A stretch of 63,277 bases of DNA, counting the filler, from Octopus bimaculoides (Eukaryota): the NCBI RefSeq assembly GCF_001194135.2. It is 6 parts of 6 records of this genome, joined end to end, with 100 filler letters (N's around TTAATTAATTAA, not from the genome) between each part and the next. Parts side by side here need not be neighbours in the genome. Positions count along the whole stretch, not along the records: positions 29,466 to 58,208 come from NC_069000.1; 5 more parts are not named here. One strand, 5' to 3'. Positions 36,021 to 49,409 of the stretch are shown piece by piece (within the stretch, counting starts at the first letter, position 1; each line of letters starts with the position of its first letter). Position numbers and translations under genes: made by a program. The notes under the pieces are model-generated. The model saw only the letters and a program-made list of their open reading frames with translations. It did no database searches and was not told the origin of the DNA.

Positions 36021-37039
36021 GTAATACTACTAATAATAATTACTGAAACCACTCGACTACTCTCCTGCAATTTTCTGTGAGTAAGTAGGTAGATTGGGCT
36101 GAAAAGATAATGGCTGTCGTCTCGGTTTCACCTCCGTTGATCAAGTAACACTCGCTCTATCAGAGTTGTACAGACACATTTATCTTTATATACTCTTATC
36201 ACTGTATTCGTATATCGTCTGTTTATGATAATTTATTCTTCAACATGTTAATACCTATGGATGTCTATCTGTCTCTAGGCCTGTACACACATACATACAC
36301 CCCTATATATATATATATATATATNNNNNNNNNNNNNNNNNNNNNNNNNNNNNNNNNNNNNNNNNNNNNNNNNNNNNNNNNNNNNNNNNNNNNNNNATAT
36401 ATACTTATGTATGTATTTGTGTATGCATGTGTATGCTTAAAGACACACACGCACATTCACGTACACACGAGCCCATAGGCACACACTAATCTATTCCGCA
36501 GATGTAGCTTCTGTGAATTGAATTATTCATTTGGATTGTCTAAATTACAGAACATTTCCCTATACGCCTACCACCACCAACATCCACAACAACAACAACA
36601 TAACTGACATCACCAAACACACACTGACACACATACACACACAAACACATGTACGTTCACACGGTTAGGCATTTGAAAACACAATATATATAACATCGTG
36701 CCATCGTTATCGCTAGGACCTTTTTAAATCTTTTTTAAGTATCTTAACTTAAACCAGTCCCTGTCACCTGTTTAACTAACGACGTTTCAAACCGATGCGA
36801 AATTAGAAAAAATAAATCAAAATTAAAGAAGCGATGACGACGATGATGACGACTCTGGAGGGGGACTGTGGTGATAGTTAGGGTGCTGCTGGTGACTATC
36901 GTGATAGTTAAGTCGCTGCTGGTGCCGGTGGAGGTGGTACTAGTTGTGTTACTGTTGCTGCTACAATTGCTGCTGCTGATGGTAATAATAATGGTATTGA
37001 TGATGATAATAATGATGGTACAATGATGGTTCAAAATCT

Positions 37040-37208
37040 ATCGAGGTCGACTTTGCCATTCATATTTATGGGGCCGATGAAATAAGTACCAGTTGAGCAC
37101 TAGGGTCGCTATAATCGATTTACCCCTCTCTCCGCCAAAATTGCTGGCTTTGTCCCAAAAAATTGAAACCAAAAGGGCGACGAGCAAGCAGAATCGTTAC
37201 CGCGCTGG
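37040..37208. mobile_element. SINE family B fragments (3' half, then a new head cut by the gap)
   Basis: gaggtcgactttgcc...aagtaccagttgagcact...; gcgagcaagcagaatcgttac. Confidence 0.75.
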
Positions 37209-37970
37209 NNNNNNNNNNNNNNNNNNNNNNNNNNNNNNNNNNNNNNNNNNNNNNNNNNNNNNNNNNNNNNNNNNNNNNNNNNNNNNNNNNNNNNNNNNNN
37301 NNNNNNNNNNNNNNNNNNNNNNNNNNNNNNNNNNNNNNNNNNNNNNNNNNNNNNNNNNNNNNNNNNNNNNNNNNNNNNNNNNNNNNNNNNNNNNNNNNNN
37401 NNNNNNNNNNNNNNNNNNNNNNNNNNNNNNNNNNNNNNNNNNNNNNNNNNNNNNNNNNNNNNNNNNNNNNNNNNNNNNNNNNNNNNNNNNNNNNNNNNNN
37501 NNNNNNNNNNNNNNNNNNNNNNNNNNNNNNNNNNNNNNNNNNNNNNNNNNNNNNNNNNNNNNNNNNNNNNNNNNNNNNNNNNNNNNNNNNNNNNNNNNNN
37601 NNNNNNNNNNNNNNNNNNNNNNNNNNNNNNNNNNNNNNNNNNNNNNNNNNNNNNNNNNNNNNNNNNNNNNNNNNNNNNNNNNNNNNNNNNNNNNNNNNNN
37701 NNNNNNNNNNNNNNNNNNNNNNNNNNNNNNNNNNNNNNNNNNNNNNNNNNNNNNNNNNNNNNNNNNNNNNNNNNNNNNNNNNNNNNNNNNNNNNNNNNNN
37801 NNNNNNNNNNNNNNNNNNNNNNNNNNNNNNNNNNNNNNNNNNNNNNNNNNNNNNNNNNNNNNNNNNNNNNNNNNNNNNNNNNNNNNNNNNNNNNNNNNNN
37901 NNNNNNNNNNNNNNNNNNNNNNNNNNNNNNNNNNNNNNNNNNNNNTTTCAGGCCTTATGTCTATAGTAGA

Positions 37971-38033
<63 letters not shown>

Positions 38034-38043
38034 CATTATTATT

Positions 38044-38590
38044 GAGTGAGAGCAGTGTATGCCATCAAAGTGATACTGGTGTAAAATATACGAAGCCCAG
38101 TATACACATCATGACTACCGTCTGATAAGGGTTCACCAGGCACATCCATTACAAGCATATGTGCGTGAAATGGTGATCTCATATCAAGATTAACAGCGCA
38201 TGACCTCGCAGGTGGGATCCAGTTAGAATTTTGTTCAGGTCGAGTAGCCCATCCCGCTCAAAAGGTCCCTGAATAAGGGTTGTTTAAGAATGTTGAACAA
38301 AGTACTCATGCTTCCAGAGGGGAATTATCCAACCCCCAAAGAATTCCTCTCAATACATGGCTATGGTGCTCCCCAACTTCTGCTCGTAGTCAGAGATGCA
38401 GATATCGTCACCCACTAAGGGACTTACTCAACAGGTTAACGTCAAGCAACTGACAGGCAAATCTGTGGTATAGAGCAGAATATTTGCTGGAGCCCGTCTT
38501 TTATATCAAGACAAAACAATGTACATGATAACATTTCCAATCAGTTAAGATCAGAATCCTTGAGAGCCACTGCCTGGTACTGCATCAGGG
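38044..38590. repeat. ~545-bp interspersed repeat flanked by (ATT)n, probably a LINE 3' UTR derivative
   Basis: GC-richer non-coding block ending gagccactgcctggtactgcatcagggcattt plus (ATT)n. Family identity is recalled, not verified. Confidence 0.45.
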
Positions 38591-38617
38591 CATTTATAAT
38601 TATTATTAGCATTAATA

Positions 38618-38654
<37 letters not shown>

Positions 38655-39079
38655 CAATATTATTATTAAATTCGTTACTGTGCTAGACAATATGCTTAAC
38701 GGCATTTCGTCCGTCTTAACGCTTTGATGCTGAATGCCTCCATGCTCAACTTTGGCTTTCATTCTTTCGGATCTATAAAATAAATTACTGGTCAAGTATT
38801 GGGGTTGAATTAATCGATTAGGCTTTTCCCTAAATGTCGGGCTTTGTGCCTATAGTAGAAACAAGGTAACTTTGGCGAAGCTGCGTTCTAGTGGTGTCAG
38901 ACGTGTCGTGCAAACCATCATTCAATTTTTTTGATGTTGCGTTTTTATTCTTCTCCTCCGTTTTATTTTCACAACGCATTGTGTTTGTACTCTTTTCTTA
39001 CGCTTTATGAATTCAGTGCATACATGCGCATTGAGTGTTCATACTTCTCTTTCCGGTTCCTGCTCAAAACTGTTTACAG

Positions 39080-39135
39080 ATCACAACCATCTCACGGACC
39101 AGTGGTAGTGCGGGGCGATTCGCGCTTCGATGATT
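39080..39135 (+). CDS. Candidate exon 3 of chain (CUB-like)
   Basis: ctgtttacag| (phase 2) SQPSHGPVVVRGDSRFDD t|gtgaaa (phase 1); weak donor. Confidence 0.4.
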
Positions 39136-39825
39136 GTGAAAAAATTATTTTTATTACGCCTTATACGTACATAATGCCAGATATTTGGGACGATGGAACA
39201 GTCTATTACTTGAACGCTACTTTGTTTATTAATCCCGTTCTTGTTCAACGATCGGGTCCCACTGAGCTGAACTTTACTTTTCATCCTTCCAGTTACAATA
39301 AAAATCGAATACCAATCTAGAGACAGTGAACTGGTGGAAGTGCTGTAGCGGTGAATGGGTGAATTTTATCACTTGTTTCGCCTCTTTACCTTCTGAGTAC
39401 GTGTCAACACTAGTTTTTTCCTCTGACAACGTGAGGGACCTGTACAAAAGAAGCTGCATGAGCAACTAGTGGTCTGCTATAAAAATAAAGCCATAACCAT
39501 AACTGTGCCTCTTGGATGCATTTCAGATACAGTTATTTATAAGATTAAATGCTTCCTGCCCGTAATTTGGTGGTACACGTATTTGAACGATCCCGGAATT
39601 ATGAAAAGTAAAAGACGACAGCAGCTGGGCATTAGAATATAAAATAACAAATGAAGTAACTGAATTCTGAGAGGAATTACTCCGGTGCCCTATTGTTTTT
39701 GATACTTCGCTGTCGTCACAAAAGTAACAAAGAATTAAATAAACTGCTGAATTAAGACCAATGTTGTTTTAAAGGTTTCCGGTTACAAATTTCAGTCGAT
39801 ATTGCATAGAACTGGTACATGCTCG

Positions 39826-39830
39826 AGAAA

Positions 39831-39896
<66 letters not shown>

Positions 39897-39900
39897 AGGA

Positions 39901-39948
<48 letters not shown>

Positions 39949-39976
39949 AAAGAAAGAAAGAAAGAAAGAAAGAAAG
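39826..39976. repeat. (GAAA)n microsatellite
   Basis: Direct reading. Confidence 0.98.
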
Positions 39977-40290
39977 AATATAGACAAAAGTGAGACAGAA
40001 TTTACTATACAGAATGAGGAATTGGGATTGTAGGAGAAAAAGAATGGAAAGAAAGGAAGATATAAGACTTACGAAGATTAAAGAAAAAGGACTGAGAAAA
40101 AGCACAGGAGATGAAGATACCCAAAAAATCAAGAAAGGAAAAGAAAACATGTCCAGAGAAAAGAAAAGTTGAAATTGAAGGATAAAAGAATGAAAATAAA
40201 TGTATTTTGATAGTAAATACGGTAATACTGTTGGTTTTCGTTTGACTTATTTATTCAGTTGAATATGTATGTGTGTGTGTGTGTGTGTGA

Positions 40291-40385
40291 GACTATAGTA
40301 GATGGCATTTGGCGAAGGTGTCACGCAGTGGGACAGAACCCGGAGCTATGTGATTGGAAAGCAAGCTACTTACCACACAGCCACG
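40291..40385 (-). mobile_element. SINE family A head fragment
   Basis: gcaagctacttaccacacagcca and upstream block. Confidence 0.8.
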
Positions 40386-40933
40386 GCATAACGATTCCTT
40401 ACATGACGATCTCAATCCTGTAAGGTTTCGTCATCTNNNNNNNNNNNNNNNNNNNNTCTCTCTCTCTCTCTCTCTCTCTCTCTAGCTCGCTCGCTCTATT
40501 ACACCATTCTCTTCTTTCTTCTTAACCTCTCCCATCATCACCAGCACCGCCAACTCCTCCGTATTTTTCCAACGAAATTAGAAACAATGACAAATAAAAA
40601 AAAATCACTTAAAACATCATAAAAATATATAAAACAATTACTATAACAACAAAGCGACACATAGTTTACTTAGACATATTTGCCGTTTTTTTTTTTCTTT
40701 CTTCACATTTCACCAACAAAATCGTCTAATTATTTGCATGCATTTTTTGCTTCCCTTTTTATTTTTGTTGTTAGTGTTGCTTTTTAGTCCTCAATCAGTC
40801 CCGATCCTACAATCAAAGGCATTCCAACCGTAACCATCATGCTTTTTCGTTCCTTCTTTCGCCAGATATTTTATAACTTAAGTTCCATTATCCAGTGTTT
40901 TCTCGTTCTTTCCTGTGCTACTTTTATTTCAAG

Positions 40934-41028
40934 ATACAACGAAGGGATTTGAGGGAGCTTTTGTTGCTTTTGCTACGAATCCAGGCGACTGCACGGAAGC
41001 CCCATCGTTGGTTGAATATGTTCTCTAG
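40934..41028 (+). CDS. Candidate exon 4 of chain (CUB-like C-terminal strand, then stop)
   Basis: Long pyrimidine tract ...ttttatttcaag|. Phase 1 gives TTKGFEGAFVAFATNPGDCTEAPSLVEYVL*. Alternatively, phase 0 is open for 99 nt to the donor aag|gtgggt at 41033. Confidence 0.45.
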
Positions 41029-41249
41029 AAAGGTGGGTAGTGGAGACAATGAGGGACATCACCCCGGATGGCACCTATACATTTACTGTGAAACCTTGTA
41101 TAGATCGAGGGGCAGGCGCTAACAAATACAATGGCTATCCTCAGCGGTACACACTCTAGTTTTACCATTTATGTCCTATTCAAAGACGATAGGTTTTAAT
41201 TTGAAGAAGGTTTTCGTGTTTCTTGCAGGTCACAGCGAACGTCTTTAGT

Positions 41250-41390
41250 CGCTTTCACTGCCTAATATCTTTCATATTTCTAAATAAAAGTGTCTTGCTC
41301 AAGGACACAACGGGCCGCCGAGAATCGAACTCACGATCGTTAGATCGTGAACAGAGTATCCTAACCAATACGCTATGCACCTTCGATATG
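41250..41390 (-). mobile_element. SINE family C head
   Basis: gtgtcttgctcaaggacacaac...gaatcgaactcacgatc is the reverse of the family C head and core. Confidence 0.75.
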
Positions 41391-41494
41391 TTATAGTTAA
41401 AACAACAACGCGGAGCTTCTGAGTAGTACTAGAGCTGAAAAAAATGGTAGCTAAATCACTCGGAAATCGTACACTACTTTTAGAAATATGGTAT

Positions 41495-41965
41495 AAGGAA
41501 ACTGAAAGAAGCCCGTCGTATATATACGTATGTTTATGTATCTGTGTTCACCCCACCACCATCACTTGGCAACCGATGTTGATATGTTTACATCCCCTTA
41601 ACTCATCGATTCGGCAAAAGATTTCGATAGAATGAGTTCTAGGCTTACAAAGAATATGTCTTAGGTTTGATTTTTTCAACTAAAGGTGGTGCTTTAGCAT
41701 GGCCGCAGTCAAATGACGGAAACAAGTAAAAGAATATATATATATATAGGTGTGTGTGTGCTCGTATGTCTTTCTTTTGTCACCTGTTATCACCACCGGT
41801 TCACAACCTGTGTTGGTTTGTTTATATCCCTGTAACCTAGCGGTGCCGCCAAAGTGAACAATAGAAGAAGTATCAAACTTTTAAAAAAGAAAACATAACT
41901 TGGGGGATCAATTTGTTCCACGAAAACGCTCCAGTATGGCTGCAGTCCAATGACTGAAATAAAAT
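41495..41965 (+). mobile_element. Two adjacent SINE family A 3' halves (about 41495-41733 and 41775-41965)
   Basis: Both show gtt.gtttatatccc.gtaac...ccag.atggc.gcagtc.aatgac.gaaa. Confidence 0.8.
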
Positions 41966-42324
41966 ATAAACGTAATAGAAAGATTTAGTTTATTTAAATT
42001 TTTGTTTTATTTCCTGTTGTGGAAATGTCTCTCTGTTTGGAGAAGCGAGCAAAAGTTTATTCTTGTTGTTTGGTCGCCAGTAACATGGAATGAAGCTTCA
42101 ATCAAAGACATTCTAGCTGTGATGACCTTGTGATTTGCTCTATTCATTCAGATATAGTAAATCTAAGACAACATTCTGTAATGTAACCTTCTCTTTTTAA
42201 GACAGTTGGTTGATGATATTTAAGGGGATTTGATTGTTATTTCTAGCAAATCGGATGGTCACACTGTGTATTCAACTTCGGATCGGACGGAAATAGTTTT
42301 CATTTGATTTTTTTCTAGGGTAAT

Positions 42325-42625
42325 CGGTTCAAGATCGTAAGGTCGTGAGTTCAATTCCCGCCGACACCTTGTGTCCTTGAGCAAGATACTTTTATTTCAC
42401 GATGCTCCAGTCCACTCAGCTGGCAAAAATGAATTGTATCTGTATTTCAAGGAGGCAGCCTTGTCACACTCTGTGTGACGCTGAATCTCCCCGAGAATTA
42501 CGTGAAGGGTACACGTGTCCGGGGAGGGGGGTGCTCAGCCACTTGCACGTTAAGTTCACGAGCAGGCTGTTCCGTTGATTGGATCAACTGGAACCTGCGT
42601 CCTTGTAATCGATGGGGTACCAGTC
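42325..42625 (+). mobile_element. SINE family C, long copy
   Basis: gatcgtaaggtcgtgagttcaattcc...gtgtccttgagcaagatact...ccactcagctggcaaaaatga. Confidence 0.8.
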
Positions 42626-42699
42626 ACATGAATCCTTCAATAACATTATATTTTCTGAAAACAATTATAGACTCCCCCCACATACAAACATCTTGCTGG

Positions 42700-43075
42700 T
42701 TGGCTGGTTGGTTGGCTGGATGAATGAGTCAATGGCTAATTGCTTAATCAGTTGGTTCTGTCTTTAAACAGATGAATGAATAAACGGACGAACGGACGGA
42801 TGGTTAGCTGGCTGGCAAGTGGTTGATTATTTCTTCAATTTGTTGTTTAATAGGTTGGTTAGATGGCTAATTAGTCGATTGGTTGGTTAGTTATTTTAGA
42901 CGGTTAGTTGGACGACTATTTCGTTGTTTCTTGGGTTTTGTTGCCTCTTTTAGTTCGTGGATTCTTTCTTTGTTGGATTTTGATTAGATATTTGGTATGT
43001 TGACCATTTCTTGAGTTATTTGATAGGATGTCTTTCATTGGTTAATTGTTTGTGGTTGGTTGATTTGAGAAGATG
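42700..43075. repeat. Degenerate (GGTT/GGCT/GGAC)n low-complexity tract
   Basis: Direct reading. Confidence 0.7.
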
Positions 43076-43627
43076 CAGTCAAGCACCGAACGTTGCATTA
43101 CAGAATTGGCCTAAAATGATTATACAAGATCGAAAATAAATATTTATGAAACCAATATTAAGCATTGTTTGAACAAGTATTTCATTTAAAACAACATTAT
43201 TGCAGTTAAATTTTAATAAATCGTGAATCAATATTTCTGATTGTCATAAAACAAATTTTTATTTTATAACATTCATAGTCAGTATCATTGTTAAGGAAAA
43301 TACAATTAACCAGCAACGAACAAATGCGTAAACTGTTACAATTACCATGGTTGTTAACTGAATAAATAATTTACATATAATTTTTCATGGCTGATATTAA
43401 ATATTTGTATTTAGAAGATCTAATTAGGTTGTAGTATGATATCCAAAGGAGCTCTGATATAGCATAACTCTACAGCTTGTGCAGGTCGGAGATGAGAGAG
43501 CCACTTCAGGTCGAACGGCTATTTCCCCGCATTGAGAGGTCACATCTTCGATACTACATGCATGTGATTGGAATATAGCGGTAAGGAATCGCAAAACAGG
43601 TTGCTCAAGGCAAACTAACCAGCAGGT

Positions 43628-44036
43628 AGGGCAGGTGTGGCTGTGTGCCTAAGGTCCCACCGCGTAGTACCATAGGCAAGTGTACTTTGCTATAACCCCG
43701 GACTGACCAAAGTTTTGTGAGTGGAATTGGTAGAGGAAAAGGAAAGAAGCCCGTCGCATACACATATTCTTTTATACGTTTTTGCTCGAAGGCTGTAGCC
43801 ATGCGGGAGCACGCAAACATATATATATGTACGTTCGTGTCATTGTGTATAAGTCTGTCTTCTGCCTCCACCGCTTGACAGAGAGTGTTGGTGTGTTTAC
43901 TTCCCCGTAACTTAGCGGTTCACCCAAAGTGACCGATAGAATAAGTACCAGACTTTAAAAAAGCACTGGGGTCGACTCATTCGACGAAATATTCTTCAAG
44001 GCGGTACGCCTGTATGTTTTTACTGAAACAAGTAAA
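43628..44036 (+). mobile_element. SINE family A, diverged complete copy
   Basis: Head, core and 3' half all recognisable. Confidence 0.85.
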
Positions 44037-44613
44037 ATTAGGAAGAAGTAGATGACAGGATAACATCAATAGTCTCCGTTGGTCGCACTTGGGAATCCAG
44101 CTGGAAAGTGCAATGGCGTTTGCTTTTCTGATAGGACCCTATTGAGGAGGTACATGAGGATTCTACCCTCCCAGCAATAGCAGGTGGCAAAGATGGACGA
44201 GTGGATATAATGCCGTGTGTGTGTGTAATCGATCGCACAGCTTATAATGTCTAGTTGTGAGTCCAACTCAAAACACGTTTTATGAGGAATTCACTTTGCT
44301 CAATAGATGTGTAGATTTAGGCTTCAGCGACTAATGTTTTACAGCAGAATATGTTTTATTGGATATCAATATTCTATTGTAGTTTGATGTGATTTTAAAT
44401 TTATTGATTCTATTATTTTCTCCAGTTTATGCGTAGGTGTATAAGTGGCTGCGTGCGCGCAGGTATGAGTGTGTGTGTATGTGTGAGTGTATCTGCGTAT
44501 AGATGTAAATACATATAGGTGTATGGGTGTTTCGATTAAATATATGCATGTATATCACATATATATGTATAAATATACACACATATTCACACGTGTGCGC
44601 GCTCATATGTGCC

Positions 44614-44669
<56 letters not shown>

Positions 44670-44732
44670 AACAATATATGAGTATATGCATATATATGTA
44701 CATGTATGTACATACATTCATCTACATGTACA

Positions 44733-44805
44733 TGGCCACGTAGAGAACACATCTTTCATCAGCTGCCACCATTAAAACACTGGCGTTTCGAAGAGTTAGG
44801 GCAGT
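44733..44805 (+). mobile_element. Partial copy of the 608-1088 foldback MITE
   Basis: ggccacgtagagaacacatctttcatcagctgccaccattaaaacactggcgtttcgaagagttagggcag aligns with 665-679, the gap, and 910-947. Confidence 0.85.
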
Positions 44806-46232
44806 ACACACACACACATTTGTGTGTAAGAGTGTTTATACAAAGAAAGACAGTGGCAAACATACAGACACAAACGAGGAAAGTGGTAAAACGCAATATG
44901 TACATACAAATCGTAAAATGCGATCTTAAAATATCTTTTAAAAAATCAAAGCCAGAAAATAAACCTCGAAATTCTCTCACTCCCACCACCACCACCAAAA
45001 CTAATATAAAATATGCAAAATAACGTAAAAACCAAAGTATAAAAAAAATTGTAAAATTAAAACAACAGAAAGCAATTACAAAGCTTCAAAGTTAACAACA
45101 TTTCGAACACATAAACCTTCACTGATCAGTAATAAAAACAAATGAAATAAAATATATGAAATAAAACATATAAAAAACAATTGTGAGTCCAGCAACTACG
45201 TCGTTTAGGAAATAAAATTATATATATAACAAAAAGAAGTGAAACTCTTTTCCCCTCGTTTGACCTTATCCTTCTGCTATGACATCCCAGCTGCTTTCCT
45301 TCTGTATGTTGGGTGATAAGGAATTATAAACTTCCTTTCTTTCAAATATATGCAACACCACCTTCCCATCCCAACCGCTTTTTTCTTTATTTTTTTGCCT
45401 TCCACCTACACGCTTACACTTTTTATTACTTCAGCAATACTAACGGTCTTGGTTTGTATTATTAGTTGTCTTTTTCTTTTTATTTTACCTTATTCTATTT
45501 TATTTTCCCGATGTTTTGTTGATTTGATATTTTTTTTGTTTTTGCTTTGCAAAACTCTTTTCTTTTTATGTGGGATATTGTGGAGGTATTTTCTTTCCTT
45601 CTTGTTGTTGTTGTACTTGTTGTCTAGACAGCAGCAAGCGGTCTTGTTAACCAATTTAAGTTTTTCCTTGTTTTACGTTCTACTGATCTTTTCCTCTTCT
45701 TCCATTATTTTATTGATGCTCTGTACACACACAAACAAGCACATATACATACACACATATACACACGCCTGTGTGCGTATATAGGCACATATATATATAT
45801 ATATTCATATGAGCGTGTATGTATGTGCGTATATATAAACACACAAACATATATATATAATGAAAGAGAAACAGACAGACATGCATACATACGTTTTGCT
45901 CCTTGTATTTCCATGCTCTTCAAATGTTTCGTTTCTTCTCTCTCCATACGAGAATGTCCTATTCCTTCCATCACACCCCCACTATTGTTTCTGTACTTTG
46001 TTTGTCACTTTTATTGTATTGTCTTTTAGTATTTTTCTTTAAAGATTTATTCGAAATTGCGAAGTGTCATGTTTTGTAGTAGTTTGAAAAACAGAAACCA
46101 ACTTTTCTTTATTTGAAATGCTCTGAAAGCTTCTCTGATTTTCTGTCATTTATTCACAAAATCACATTTTTTTTCCACCTTTGATTTAATATTTTAGTTT
46201 GTTTTTTCTCGTTTCACCTTCTGTGTCTGCAG

Positions 46233-46470
46233 GAAGTGGCAACGTCGTGGTATTTCACGAACCGTCCATGACTAGTAAGGGTCATGGCCTTAATGTTCCT
46301 TTAAACTGTTACAGGTTCCCATCCATAAGACAGAAACGGAAAGAGTGATAGAGAAGAAGTACCAATTATCTTATAACAGGGCATCTGAATCTAGAGGGAT
46401 GGGAGTAATAGGCGGAAGAGATCTTAATGCATATGACATCCATGATTCTATGGAGACCTGGCTCATGTAA
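46233..46470 (+). CDS. Candidate exon region with two acceptors
   Basis: Strong acceptor at 46232 (phase 1: SGNVVVFHEPSMTSKGHGLNVPLNC...KE*); second acceptor at 46314 (phase 0: VPIHKTETERVIEKKYQLSYNRASESRGMGVIGGRDLNAYDIHDSMETWLM*). Confidence 0.3.
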
Positions 46471-47214
46471 TACTTGCAATATAGTGGACTCTTGTAATGG
46501 CAGGCGAAAACCACAAGGTGGTGTTAAACCCGGCTATTACGTTTCCTTGATTAAGGAAAAACGAAAGGAAATGGAAAAAGGACGAAACATAAAATAACAT
46601 TTCTTTTAAGTTTATTATTATTTGTATTAGTATTATTCCCTAATTTCTTCTTTCTTATTGAAAGATTTTCAAATTTACAAAATTTATGATTTTTTTTTCT
46701 TTTTCATATCTTTCCCATTTTTCGTCTCGTATTTCGAAAATTTCATTTTGTTTTATATTGAAGCCTGCCGCGAAATCTATCCAACATATACACATACAAA
46801 GATACACGCACATACACACTGCCACGCACGCGAGCGTGTGTCTGTGTGTACACGTACGCGCACTCGTAAACGTACGCATGTACACTGGCATACGCTTAAA
46901 CTCGTATAATTTATAGACACATATGCGCACACGAATACCCATATACATCATTAAGATTTTTTTTAATATATCAAAAAAAGAAAGATCAAATAAAGTTGTG
47001 CAATTTACCATTTGATGCTCTGAATGTCTGATTCCACATTTTTCTATTTCAAGAAAATTTTCAAAGAACCAAACTTCATGTTGTATTTATTCAATTTGTA
47101 TCAATTATTTTAAACATTTTGTGATTCTTTCTTCTATTTTTTTTATCGTCTGCCAAGATATCATGCAATAGCGGTAGAGGAATGGCATGGTGTAGAATGC
47201 AACCTTTTCATGTA

Positions 47215-47350
47215 TTAATGATGGCGAAGAATTAGTCGAGCTGTTAGAACGTCGGACATAATGCTTTGTAGTATTTGTGCTGGCTCTCTTCATTCAGAAA
47301 TCAAGCCCCCCACGAGGTCGGTTTTGTCTTTTATCATTTCAGCTTGGATA
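47215..47350 (+). mobile_element. SINE family B, decayed
   Basis: ggcgaagaattagtcgagctgttagaacgtcgg...gaggtcggttttgtcttttatc. Confidence 0.65.
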
Positions 47351-48104
47351 AATAATGTATCAAGTACTTCTCTCACACACACATTATTTTTTCCAGTAAT
47401 GGATATTAGTTGAACGATGGGCTAACAGAATCTTGCAATGAAATATCTGCGTAAGTGTGACTATCACGTCTTTTGGTTTGAGCAAAATTTTGGCTGTTCT
47501 TCTGGCAGTTTGTGTAACCACCCTCAGGCTCTGTTATTGGTTCATGGTTAAAAAATTGAGAGGAAATCGAATGACATATTTGGGGAATTATCGATTACAT
47601 TTACTCATTTATTGTAATGATTCAAGATGGATGAAAGACGAAGCTTACACAAGGCATAAACGAGGGATGCTACAAAAGAAACATTAAGAAGTACTGCATA
47701 TTTCGTCCTTCAGTCTACCATTTCTGCTACCTACTAACGTCAGACGAGCCAAACGAAAATAAGTCGACTGGCTTTTAACTTAGACAGAAGGCCTCAAATT
47801 TTATTAGGCGGGATTTTGTTGATTTTAACGATTATCAGTATATACAGCATGGAAAGATGTAAGATAAAGTTCACATTGGAGTGACTCTAAGTAAGAGAGT
47901 AAAGCACTAATTGTTCACCATGGGTAAGACGAAAAATATTAATAATTAACGGTTTCAAGTTTTGGCTCGAGGCTAGCAATTTTAGCAGAATGGATGGCCG
48001 ATTATATCAGCCCCCGTGCTCAATTGATACGCAAAGAGTCGAAACTAATACCACAAAACATTCTTATTCCGATGCTCTTACAATTCTGTCAGATTGGCGC
48101 CTTA

Positions 48105-49190
48105 TCAGGCCAACAAAAATTACTTCTTTTCTCTATTATCAAAACTTTGGACTTGAATTAAGGTATTTTTGACACATAGAATCCAAAAATGACAGCTATT
48201 TACTACCATCTTGTAAATATTTTCAGATACTGCATTCATACAATTTCATTGTATTTTTCAATAAAACAACTTATCAAGGAAAAGATATACAAACATACAT
48301 AGAAATTGGTTTCTTTTCAAAACCAAAATGTTTTTCGAAAACTAATAAAAATCAGAAATTCCGACAGATAAATTACACCATTGTTTATGCCTAATTTCCC
48401 ATGTATTTGCGTTTGGATGATTTTCTTTAGCGGTGAACCTCAGCAAGATTACGAGACAAGTTCCAACAATAGTCCGCCATCATATGAAAGTCCCAGTTGT
48501 CTTGTTTGTTCCATTGAATTTTATCTCATGGAGGTAACGTTCTCCCTGCTCGTCACTTGTGTCGGCAAGTTTTTCAATTGATTTATGAAGGTGACTGTGG
48601 AGATAGTACAGATTTATGCTCATATTTGCTCTCAACTTTTGAAAATTCTCCAGCATATTGTCGACTATTTCGGCATAGCTGGCTGCTTTCTTACTGCCCA
48701 TCTATTACAAGTTAATTCCATGCTGGTAATTTAGTGCAATTTATTGAATTTACAAAGTTCCTATCTTTCATCAATTTTCTCATCTGAAGTCCATCAAATA
48801 CGCAATCTTTTATATTTCCGCTGCAGATGTAGTGAATGCATGGCCCATCTTTATATAAGCTGCTTCATAATGCCAAGTTTGATATGGAGCGGAGGTAGGA
48901 ATTTTTTTTTTTTCTTTCTAGTTAAACTAAAGGCTCTTCAACCACATTAAAATACTCTGAAACTAATGTTCGCTGCAGTCATTCTTTCATCACCAAAATT
49001 TTTTCCCTTGGCTCTGCTGTCCCATACACATAATAAAGTTTTGGATATTTGGTGTATTCACTTTGTTGCCCCAAGAGAAAACTGACCATCTTAAAGTCCA
49101 TGCATACCACGCACTGATGACTGGAGGATTGGGTATTTTGAAATCTCGAAGTGACACTAAAAAATGTATTAGCTTTTTGGATATAGTCGA
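48105..49190 (-). mobile_element. Decayed DNA transposase fragment with 3' end, Chapaev3-like (CMC superfamily)
   Basis: NVVEEPLV; LPPLHIKLGIMKQL; FDGLQMRKLMKD; ANMSINLYYLHSHL; SDEQGERY. The strand ends ...ttttgttggcctga. Superfamily assigned from motif recall. Confidence 0.7.
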
Positions 49191-49409
49191 TTTATTTTCC
49201 GTATGAATAATTCTTTAAACTATCAATTCAGAAAGTAACGAGAAGGTACATTTGTAAAACCGATACTGGTGAAGTTTGAACTCAGGATTATATAGAGAGG
49301 AAACTAAATACCAAAATACCAAAAAGTAAGTTACCCTTACTCAATTCTACCATCTGTTAGTTTCCTTTGTGGTGGGTGAGTGTTTAAGTGAATATAATGA
49401 TCTTTGTTT

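Noticed and set aside
39136-39320. Rest of ORF 38931-39320 as a long coding exon
   Set aside because: The sequence after about 39175 matches decayed SINE B blocks; only 39080-39135 was kept as a candidate.
45085-45135. Further hammerhead remnant on the minus strand (ctgatcagtgaagg...cgaaatgtt)
   Set aside because: Core and stems are too degraded to support a call.
45350-45784. 144-aa hydrophobic ORF
   Set aside because: Low-complexity T-rich DNA; translation is dominated by F/L/I with no domain pattern.
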